A stretch of DNA of 20,000 bases from an uncultured virus (IMG/VR IMGVR_UViG_3300042466_001057) (Duplodnaviria; Heunggongvirae; Uroviricota; Caudoviricetes): the IMG/VR virus record IMGVR_UViG_3300042466_001057, positions 51,896-71,895 of that record; one strand, 5' to 3'. Within the stretch, counting starts at the first letter, position 1. Each line of letters begins with the position of its first letter. Below, piece after piece: positions 8,601-18,000 of this stretch. A program made the position numbers and the translations under genes. The notes under the pieces are model-generated. The model had not been told where the DNA came from, did not search any database, and was given only the letters and a program-made list of their open reading frames with translations.

Positions 8601-11600
8601 TTTTGATGAAAGTATACAAGCCGGATGGACAGACCATACGTTTTTAGGTAGACCTGAACCGGTATATACCTACCAAAACACAAGTAGAAGTGGTAATATT
8701 GGTTTTAAAATAATTGTAGATAACCCATCAATAACAAATCTTTTAGTTGAAAAAGAATTACAAGAATTATCTAATAATTCTGAAGTATCTAAAGTATTAG
8801 ATTCGTTTTTTGCTGGATGTTTAAAATATGATATTTACGATTTAGCAAAAAGATATAGACAATTTACACTAAAAGATATTTTTGACACCGTAAGTTATTT
8901 AGATGATGAAGAGGTTGATAAATTAACTGAAGTTTTACCTGCTGAGAATGTTGACGGAGACCCTGTTGTCGTTAATGACTACAGCGTACCAAGTGCCACA
9001 ACCAGTGCAACGACTGCAACAACCGCATCAACTGCAACAACCGCATCAACAGTTACGGAATTTAATTTAGTTGAACCTATAGTGTATTTTAGAAATGACT
9101 ATCCAGATCCTAAAACAACTAATGAGACAACAACAAAAAATATAAAAGACTTGTTTGACGATTATAAAACAAAAAGAGACTCATATAAGAAAAACAGTCT
9201 TAAAAAGATTATAAAGTACAACGATGCAACATATAAAGATTATACAAGTACAATCACTTCGTTACCTAATGCATCAACACAAACATGGTTAACTGAATAT
9301 ATTGACTGTAGAGAGGAATCGATGGATGCGTTTTTTGATTATGCGGAAACCGAATTTAAACAACTTCAAAATTTCTTAACCGAATTATCGAAAGCACTAA
9401 AATCGGGATCTGAAATTAAATTTAAATTGATTGGATCAGCATCTGCAATTACAACGGATACCTATAATGTGTCACTATCAAAAAGAAGAATAGATTCTGT
9501 TTTAAATTATATAAAACAATTTGCTTATGATGGACAAACTTTAGAAACGTACATTAAAAATAAAAAATTAACTATAGAACAAGACGCTAAAGGGGAAGAA
9601 GAAACGATTCAAGACGCTAAATATAAATCTATAAGTTGTACAAAAGAATTTCTTACAATAGGACAAGAGGGTGTGTTTTCAATAAACGCCATGGCTTGTA
9701 GAAGAGTTAGGGTTTCAGATATTGTTATTACTAATCCACAACCACAAAAAACTGAAGAGGACAAATCAAAAAATGAAGTACAAAAAGAAATAGAAAAGGC
9801 GGAATTTGTTTTACCAGCAAAAGAAGAAGATGACGAAAAAAAAGATACGCAAAATTTAAAAATAACAGAAAAAAGAAAAGTACAAAGAAAAAGAGGAGAA
9901 CCAAGAAAAGACCTAACAAAAAAATTATTAAGAAAATTACTTACAGAATGTAATTATTTTGATTTGGTGAAACAATCTAATCCCATGATTTATGATGGGA
10001 TAAAAGAAAAAATAAAATATTTCCAACCAGCATTCCATTCAATTACTCCTGAAGGTCTTAATTCTCGTTTAGTATTTTTACAACAATGTATGAGACCTGG
10101 AGACACTATACCTACAGTTAGTGAAGTGAACGGTGGTAGCACCACTTTAGTTTATGATGATGTAATAAATAGTGTATTTGGTGCCCCTCCTATTTGCGTT
10201 TTAAGGGTTGGTGATTTTTGGCATACAAAAGTTGTTTTTGATTCTTTAAGTATAACATACGACGATTCTTTATTAGACTTAAACCCTGAAGGTATTGGAG
10301 TTCAACCGATGATCGCCACAGTAAAAATGGGATTTAATTTTATTGGTGGACACGGTTTGGCTGAACCTGTTGCAAAACTTCAAAACGCACTTTCATTTAA
10401 TTATTATGCGAATACTGAAATGTATGATGAAAGAGCAGAAGCAACTGAAGATGTAACGTCAAAATACGACGCAGAACTTTTAAAAAGTATTAAAGACGAA
10501 TTAGGTATTATTGATAACTTTAATAGACCAGCAACTAATGATGGTGGTGTAACTATAGGTGCTATTACTAGTAATTATTTTGATCCGGATACGGGAATAA
10601 TTACTGGAGATATAAACTATAAAGACATTATGAAAGACATAACGGTTAAAACTAAGTCTTATGCTAACACAACCGTTAACTCTCTTGAGACTTTATATAG
10701 TAAACAATTACTTGGCGGTATATCGATCTTAACTGACGAAAGAAAATACTCAAAAGGGTATTTTGATTACTTGAGCGGTAACACGAGTAGTGGAGCAACC
10801 ATTTTTGGTAAAAGTGAAAAGATACAACCAAAAGTTGATAATCTATTTGAAAAAATAAAACAAGACATTGAAATTGAAACAATTCCAATTCTTAGAGGAA
10901 TGGCAACACAAGGGTTTACAAAAGATGATATTAGAAAAATTAAAAATAAACTTAAGCAAATGGCTGAAGCACTTAAACAATTATATTTGTCAGATCTTGA
11001 AACGGCCAACGCCACGATAGTTAAAGATGAACTTCCATTAATACGATTAGTAGATCAAATAAATTATGTTGCTGATACAACAGACGGATATATTAATAAA
11101 ATGGGTGGGGTGGTTGTTTATGGTATATCAGGAACATCAAAAGTTAATGTAAGTAGTGTCGGTGTTACGAACACTATTAATGAACTTAAACAAGACTTCT
11201 TTAAGATTTGTTCTGATTTAAACGAATTAGATACAAAACTGAGTGTTAATATAATACCAACAACATCCAAGACAAAATATAATGAAAATTTTAGCAACGA
11301 TATTGGGTTAGAGACAACAGGATTAGTAGGTGTTGAAAACAGATGTTTTATGGTTTTTGGTAAATCAATTTTAGAAGATCCTGTTAAGTTTATAACTACG
11401 GTTACTGAACCAGTTAAAAATACACCAACGGACATTAATTGGCAACCATTTATTTCAAAAAACGTTGGGTGGGTAACGGAGTTAAATTTGGCGACAGGTC
11501 AATTTAAAAATGAACCGGCAACTACCGGATTATACCCTGACTATAAAAAATCAAAAACAAAAACGGACGAGTATTGGAAAACGTTTAAAGATAGTTACTA

Positions 11601-11769
11601 CACTAATAAATTTACAAATTATATTCCATATAATTTAGACAAGACAAGACAAATGACATACTCTAAAATACTAAGTCCGGCGGATGTTCAACAAACTAAT
11701 TTAAAAGACATCTACTCAACTGTTAACTCAACATGGGATAAATTTAACCTTAAAAATACATTAAACTAA
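5614..11769 (+). CDS. Giant baseplate protein (2051 aa): N-terminal ~54-aa repeats, tube-initiator-like fold, OmpA-like domain
   Basis: Uninterrupted ORF. WFPPYELDFDE...W...FLGRPEPVYTYQNTSRSGNIGFKIIVD and PPICVLRVGDF...FDSLSITYD...PMIATVKMGFNFIG resemble P2 gpU / CIS tube-initiator halves. GSAS...YNVSLSKRRIDSV...G...RRV matches the OmpA_C-like signature. Confidence 0.7.
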   Translation: MESPLSFNSSENFRKKLLVRNLKPYRVDGNFGDYSSPATSEFNLIDFSVIDSPTVDVVGNNQEKYLYKQNKYGPQQTNSTYGDTITINRNLNTSTNYGEYDFSDSVGSKLETIGDSQENLLYVKNLYGPTEYGTSYGNVVNVNVTLLNNSNLGNYGYIQTVGSKLELIGDTKETELIVKNVYKPNDQNNFGGTVWYINNDKTIFTNGSGQYSIVDTENSVLSQVGNVQEVSLRIKNKYTPDQQGDFGPTKYTINNDLILGSNEGEYNFLDTVGNSLEVIGKDEKIRLIVRNEYRPEGGQSQTEVSPFTLIPRPIASKGNYNYGDTLNSDLFLEGKLDRPQLIGLNQYGPDQPRREQPVNQNNQTNSNEGEYGFPDTVESPLELIGEVNLEQLTINSYRPETNNLGIADPNINLPKKPNKGIYNFNDTINSELQIVGTSKEGQAYGKNKYVTGTGTYEVLTIDDLQIKTIGTAYADGLKTLGYIPSTYTPYNILLADNPTGSNGKLSQDSDLASLGAKQLQREFKHRVALELISQTLGRVNALTSSVNPDSGEISVKPNLDPFNAIGILSGTIPVLARNYKISSPQGLIGDAVGFAARLAGLYSPVSLIPGEYFDYPKRRLLNQLIENPIAPLVQGVLGAIRKLTGADSKTSSDLFVNNTSEATKSLLYDQLFYNEYRPDYRLNTPLNPNLFSPAPNYYVGTRKGQITELVSPISEQAQDKNGDPSGGAVLSYSNIGKDFEGQKITEIYTGFNTRPYYDGLNGVQGGLTWMSKNNYIEKYQFVGPGGKTVNTLGQGLGKDNTFYQSNVFGIQFDSTQSTKNDFTKGSILDITQKLVDAGNKSSMKLEHVGNAINQLSKVFNDGYVELTKGSRVVRYTTKTSSPASPDGKDVVGYEYCRLFTKDRPYMTYDELQKTDGNIRKYTNSVLDKTFNLNIAPIRGNESTNVQNGKVKKYMLSIENLSWRTSNKPGYTYEDLPDCERGPFGGRIMWFPPYELDFDESIQAGWTDHTFLGRPEPVYTYQNTSRSGNIGFKIIVDNPSITNLLVEKELQELSNNSEVSKVLDSFFAGCLKYDIYDLAKRYRQFTLKDIFDTVSYLDDEEVDKLTEVLPAENVDGDPVVVNDYSVPSATTSATTATTASTATTASTVTEFNLVEPIVYFRNDYPDPKTTNETTTKNIKDLFDDYKTKRDSYKKNSLKKIIKYNDATYKDYTSTITSLPNASTQTWLTEYIDCREESMDAFFDYAETEFKQLQNFLTELSKALKSGSEIKFKLIGSASAITTDTYNVSLSKRRIDSVLNYIKQFAYDGQTLETYIKNKKLTIEQDAKGEEETIQDAKYKSISCTKEFLTIGQEGVFSINAMACRRVRVSDIVITNPQPQKTEEDKSKNEVQKEIEKAEFVLPAKEEDDEKKDTQNLKITEKRKVQRKRGEPRKDLTKKLLRKLLTECNYFDLVKQSNPMIYDGIKEKIKYFQPAFHSITPEGLNSRLVFLQQCMRPGDTIPTVSEVNGGSTTLVYDDVINSVFGAPPICVLRVGDFWHTKVVFDSLSITYDDSLLDLNPEGIGVQPMIATVKMGFNFIGGHGLAEPVAKLQNALSFNYYANTEMYDERAEATEDVTSKYDAELLKSIKDELGIIDNFNRPATNDGGVTIGAITSNYFDPDTGIITGDINYKDIMKDITVKTKSYANTTVNSLETLYSKQLLGGISILTDERKYSKGYFDYLSGNTSSGATIFGKSEKIQPKVDNLFEKIKQDIEIETIPILRGMATQGFTKDDIRKIKNKLKQMAEALKQLYLSDLETANATIVKDELPLIRLVDQINYVADTTDGYINKMGGVVVYGISGTSKVNVSSVGVTNTINELKQDFFKICSDLNELDTKLSVNIIPTTSKTKYNENFSNDIGLETTGLVGVENRCFMVFGKSILEDPVKFITTVTEPVKNTPTDINWQPFISKNVGWVTELNLATGQFKNEPATTGLYPDYKKSKTKTDEYWKTFKDSYYTNKFTNYIPYNLDKTRQMTYSKILSPADVQQTNLKDIYSTVNSTWDKFNLKNTLN
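5770..6969 (+). repeat. Protein-level tandem repeat, 7-8 degenerate units of ~54 aa
   Basis: Recurring N-x-G-x-Y-x-x-x-D-T-x-x-S-x-L-x-x-x-G ... N-x-Y-x-P: NKYGP, NLYGP, NVYKP, NKYTP, NEYRP, NQYGP, NSYRP, NKYVT. Confidence 0.85.
9013..9048 (+). repeat. Perfect 18-bp tandem duplication ACTGCAACAACCGCATCA x2 in a Thr/Ala/Ser linker
   Basis: Copies at 9013-9030 and 9031-9048, within SATTSATTATTASTATTAST. Confidence 0.95.
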
Positions 11770-11770
11770 T

Positions 11771-12091
11771 ATGTCACAATATTATAACAGATACGAAAAC
11801 TTTTTAATAAACGGACAACAAACGGTTGTGCCTTTTTTACAATTACCACAAAGAGTAAGTGACCAAAAATATATCTATAGAACAGGACAAAGTAGGTTAG
11901 ATAAAATAAGTTATGAGAAATACGGCACACCATATTTTGGATGGTTAATTCAAATGGCTAACCCACTATACGGAGGTTTAGAGACTGATATTCCTAACGG
12001 AACCATTTTAATTATACCTTTTCCATTAATTGCTGCGTTGCAAGACTACAAAAGTGCGTTAGATACACATATTTTTTATTATGGCAGGTAA
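11771..12091 (+). CDS. LysM-like baseplate protein (P2 gpX / T4 gp53-like), 106 aa
   Basis: YIYRTGQSRLDKISYEKYGTPYFGWLIQMANP...IPNGTILIIP is a LysM-type pattern. Sits between initiator-like and hub-like genes. Confidence 0.8.
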   Translation: MSQYYNRYENFLINGQQTVVPFLQLPQRVSDQKYIYRTGQSRLDKISYEKYGTPYFGWLIQMANPLYGGLETDIPNGTILIIPFPLIAALQDYKSALDTHIFYYGR

Positions 12092-15000
12092 ACAAACTAA
12101 AAACGTTTTTATTGAAACACAATACGACAATATTGTTTTAATAGACCCAAATAAATTGTCGGACACGGAAGGTAAAGGAGTATCTCGATTGGTTGACCAC
12201 GAGGATTTGGTTTATTATGCAAATTTAGAAACGTTTATTATACCAAGAACAAAACTTGCGATAGGTGAAAGTTTTGACAATAGTGTTGTTAATACAACTA
12301 TTGCTAGTTTGACCAGTGATACGGATCTTAAAATAAACTTTTTACAACCAAAAGGTAAGAAAGCCTTTGATACAAGTTGGTCGGATCAATTTACAGGTAA
12401 AGAATCAAGACAAGGACAATCATCAAATCAAAAATTTGAAAATAATACAACAAGAAACGGACGACCAACATACGTTAATAGAGTAGAAAAGTTTGAGGAC
12501 ACTCAAATCTTAGGTATTAAAACAATTAATGTTACTGTTGCTGCTATGGGAGTACCAAAGGTTACCATAGAAATGGTTGACGTTCAAGGGAAGATGTTAT
12601 TTGAACAAGGTGAAAATTCAATGTATTCGGTATTTTTTACTTTTCCCTACCCAATTTTTTATTTAACACTTAAAGGGTATTATGGTAAGGCTATTAGATA
12701 TAGGTTATCTTTAGTTAGTTTTAATTCTAAGTATGATAGTGGTAGTGGAAATTTTAATATTACATTAGAACTTATAGGTAAATTTACGGCATTGTTGTTT
12801 GACACACCATTAAGTTATGGTAGGACGGCACCTAAAATGTTTCCTGCCCAAGTTACTGTAAGAAATAATACACAATCTACCGATACAACAATAGTTGAAA
12901 CAACGAGGGGTCAAATTATTTTAGATGAGGTTTATGACACATATAAAAGAAAAAAATTAATACCTGAAGATTTTCCACCATACACAATAGACACATTTAT
13001 AACTGCGGTATCTAGTTATGAGACTAAACTTTTGGCTAGTATAAAAGAAGGTGATTTTGCGGTTTTAAACGACGTACAAAGATTTAGAGAGATATTGACA
13101 GACCTTAAAGTGACTGTATATACAAACGCTAAAAAAAATTATTTGGATGGGGGGGCTTTTTATGTGTATGAAAATAAAAAATATTACCCATTTAGGAAGT
13201 CAATAAGTTTGGCTGACAGAGAAAAGTATAAAGCATTAACTGAAGAAAGAATTACATATTTTATCGAAGAGTTAAGAAAAAACAAAACATTTGGAGAGAA
13301 CGGGAAATATAAAAAGTCGGACGGGAACTCATTATCAACAGAGATTAATGTTTGGTCTAAAATACGAGGTAAAGGATCGGTAATAAAAGTTTTTCCATTG
13401 CAACAATGGTTTGAAAGTAAAAACGACATCAATAATACACAATACTATAGGACCGGTAGAAAACTAGATTTAACCACAACTGAGGGTCAAAACCAATTAA
13501 CAAAATTTATTAATGACGAAAGAACTATTGCTCCCGGAAAAGTTTTAGATTTAATAACAAATCAATTAGTGGACGAACCGTTAGACATGTATTATTTTGG
13601 AGACAAAAGATTTGATGACGGGGTGTATGAAACTAACAGTTTTTTAGATATAGTAAACGACGCATTAAAACAACTTGAGGTTAAAGAAACTCAAATCGAT
13701 GATGATTTATCTAAAATTTTAGCCGATAGAGTAGTTAACAGTAAATCTGGAATAGGGTTTAAACCAACAATAAGAAACATATTTGCAATACTTTTTGCGG
13801 GTGTTGATACCTTCTATCGACTAATGGAAGAGACACATCAAAATGCGTGGGACGTAAGAACAAATACACAAAGATTGTTATCTGTAATTCCACCCGAAAA
13901 AAACTTCTCAACTGATGGTTTAAATAGTATACAAAAGGAAAGTGGGCAGTTAAATAATGAGAATATTGTTTATCCGTGGCCATTATACTTTACAAAAGAA
14001 AGAAAAGATAATGGTAGTGAACAATATACACTTCAGTATCCAGGAGACCAAAAAATTATTAATCAAACACAAGGTTGGAATACACAGATTTGGCCTGAAG
14101 TATATTTTGTTGAGGAATTTATAAAGGCGTCTTTAACTAAAGAAACTTTAACTAAAACGAACATATTTAATAATCCAAAATCAGATACCACTTTAGCTAG
14201 CCCAAATGCGTTATTTTTTCCTTTTTATACTTTACCATATGAGAATGTGGATTCTGTGTCTGTTATGTATGAAATTTTAGAAAGAGCCATCATAAATTCT
14301 GAATATAATCGATTTGATTATGAGGAAGCGGAAAAACAACAAATTGATTTATTATTTGCAAACATTGAAGGACAAAATGTTGTTACATCAATATCGTCAA
14401 GTTTAGAACTTCAAAACTTATTAAGAGAGTATAAATTTAACTATAATAATTTTTTAGAATTTTTAAAAAAAATATCTAATAATGGTGTCGGACAAAGTTG
14501 GATAAACTACACGAGGAACATTTTTAACAATCAATATATTATAGAATCTTTAAACGAACAAAAAGAAATTTATAGTATAGAAACGATCAAACCAACAACA
14601 TCATTAACAATATCAACCGACGATTTATACTTGTCTAAAAACTTAAAAAACTATTTAGAAAGTACTAAAACTTCTAAGTCTGATGTTTTTGATACATTCC
14701 CATTTAATAATTTTAATTGGATGAAATCTAATTTATCGAATGGGGCATCTTTAAATGCTAAAGAAGATTTCTACGATACGACAAAAACTTTTATCTATTT
14801 AGCCGATAAAAAAACCATTGCTAGGTTAGATCAAACAGAAACAAAAACAGGAATACAACCCTTTACGTCAAAATATTCATTTGGAAATTCACTACAACCT
14901 TATTTAAGTAACGTAACAAATGGTATAAAAATATTTGATAAGCAATCATTAAAACAATACTTTACCGATAGGAAACAAAAAGATCTTTATTTTACTGAGT

Positions 15001-18000
15001 CTTACGTTGATTATGGTAACTCATATTCAGGAGGTGTTGGAACACAAATACAAACAACCTCATTATTAAATACACCGTATTTTATTAATGCTATTTTACA
15101 GGGTGTAGATAAAGAGACTAACGAAGAAGAAGATGCGTACGTACCTTTAGGTTATTTATATTTAAATTCCTTACCTTTAATTACAACTAAAGAAAGACTT
15201 AAAAGTTTTGATACAAATAACGTAGCGACTGATTTAGATTACTTAGCTGCTACCATTAAAAAATATTCAGCAATACACCAAATGCCGTATGCGTGGGTAT
15301 TGAAATACGGATCAATATGGCACAGATATAAAAAATACACATCGAGCGGTGTGGATATTTTAGATAGTGTGTGGAAAGATTTTGACTATAAAGTTAATTA
15401 CGACCCAACAACTTCAGCAACAACAAAACAATATGTGATACCTAATTACACAGGAGGACAAGAAACGATATTTTTAGAAAAAACGGAAACAATACCAAAT
15501 GTTACAGGTAAGACGGTGGATTTTATAAACACAGGTTTTTACCCTAATGTAATTAACAGTGTTTATAAATTTATTACTAAAAAAGATTTATTTAGTGGAT
15601 ACACTCAGGATGCGTTCTTTAAAACCTATACCGACAATGGATTTAGAATTGGTAAAAATAACCTATCAAAAACATTCTTTAATTTTGGATTTGATCCTAA
15701 TAATCCGAACAGATCTTTATTAAAGACAAACTATTACCAATATTTAGACTCTGAAAATAACTCAGACTTTAAGTCTAAATTATATTTTATATTCCCATCA
15801 ATGGGAGGTATACCATTTGATCAATCAATATATGAAACAACAGATAGTACAAATAAATTAATAAAAGAATTATCAGGTAACACTTCAGTATACAATGGAT
15901 CCGTCAGAACATTATGGGGGGCACCTCATTTTGGTTATTTTGACCACACATTAATTAAAAAACCAAAACCAACCGAATACCTTAAAACTATTAACACTCA
16001 ATCTGTTGAACAAAACTCTTTTGATTTAAAGAATGCGACATCAGAATATTCATACATAGATGAAATACTTTCAATCTTTAACGTGGATATGTTAAATAAG
16101 TTTGAAGAATCGTTTTTAAGTTTTTGTAATTACAAACCTAGTGCTGATAAATTAATACTAAAAGGTGAGGTACAAGCACCATCATATACACAATCAAACG
16201 TTATTAAAGATTTAAAAAATAGGAGACTATTTAGTCAAATGACTCAACTATTTTTGATAGGTAAAACGAGTGTCACATTGACTGATGAAAATACGGATGG
16301 TTTATCTTTAGGACAAAAACAAATTGTTAGTTTTACAGAATCCGTTAAAAACTTTTTAAGTTTTGATTGTATTATAAAAAATGCTAATCCTGGATTTTTT
16401 AGTATGCCGTTGTTTAGTTCGTTCTCATCACTTAAAAACTTTGTTCCAAACAATAAGTTAACTTTTGATCCATACGTTAAAGGGTCTTTACCTGGTGACG
16501 GAACAACAACAACTCTAAGTCAAAGTATATCACAAAATAAAGATGCATGGGAATCTTTAAGAACTTATGTTGGATTCTCATCAATACCTGGTGTGGATTT
16601 CCAAACCCAAGTTCAAACACAGTACCCATCAACAAGTTTATTAACTCCGACACAAACACAAACACAACAACCAATACAAGCACCAATACAAAATACGAGT
16701 ATTATGTCAGGACAAACAATGCAAAACCTTTGTACTGGTGATTATTTTAATGTTGTTGATCCTGACGACGTTAGTGATTTCGGAATGTATCAAGACGACA
16801 AAATTGTATATTTGGAATTAACCGATCAAGGAGGTGTTAATAAAAACTTCTGTGCAAAAAAAGTACCAAATAGTGCTTCAACTATAACTTATAATTTATT
16901 GTTGGATCATGGATTCTCAAATGACAACTTAGGAGGTTTAAGTGAAGGTTCGTACTGTTTATCATATTTTAGCCAAAACTTAAATTGCCCACAAAATAAC
17001 CAATTAAATCAAATTAGTTTAAAGTTTGTTGGTGAGTCTGGAACAATACTACCAACTGAACCAACAGAAACATATAATCAATATATAAATGTGGAAAAAC
17101 CTGGTGGAGGATATCAAGTATTCAAAATTGAGGATTCAGCATTTAATTATAGTGGAAAAGTGGAATCAATAAAATTCTTTAAATCTAATAGTGATATTAA
17201 TAACCCTGCAAATTTATTAAACACAAGTTGTAATAGTGGTATTTTTTATAACTTTTCTAATTATTGTAAGATAAATCAAAGTAATTCTGGTAATTACCAA
17301 ATTGTTGTGACTTACTACCCCGATGGACCAAACAATAAAACAAATAAATTATACCTTACCACTCAAGTAAGTTTAGGATCACAACCACAAAATAGCGTAC
17401 CCGCGGTTACTAATCCACAACCGGCACCACAACCGGCATCTCAGTCAACACAAGCAACGCAAGCAACACCACCACAAACACAAAGGTCTTATATTACTGA
17501 TTTCTTTATTGATATGGATATTGACTTTACTTCGGATAACGTTAAAACGTTAGCAACATTAATTAAAATTTACGCAACCAAAAAACAAGAAACACCAACA
17601 TATAATAAAGGACAATTTAATCAAACAATAAATGATATTTTAAATAACCAACTATCGTTCAAAGAAAAACTACTAAATAAAACGTTCGCGTTTATAAATA
17701 AAAATACACCAAAAATAACTGTAGAGACACAAAACCAAATTGATAATTCATCAATTAGTAGTGATCCAACTAAACTTACAACATATAATCTATTAAAAGG
17801 GTTTAACGATAAGTGGGTATCTGGTTCTGATTTAAAAACAAGAACGTTGTTTGAAGATTTTTTATTTTTAGATCAAACTAATAGTGATATTGGAGATTCG
17901 TTTATTGTTGACGTAAACCAAGTTAAAGATAGAATTGAAAAAAATCCAAAACAAAATATGATGCAAATCGTAAGTTGGATATTGAACGACAACTATTTCC

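Noticed and set aside
5094..9048. CRISPR array or DGR template/variable repeats
   Set aside because: The repeats are short, in-frame coding duplications without spacer periodicity or adenine-specific mismatches, and there is no cas or reverse transcriptase gene in the window.
16602..17486. Intein or intron as the explanation for the hub insert
   Set aside because: No C/S...HN-C/S/T splice junction pattern, no LAGLIDADG/HNH motifs and no frame interruption.
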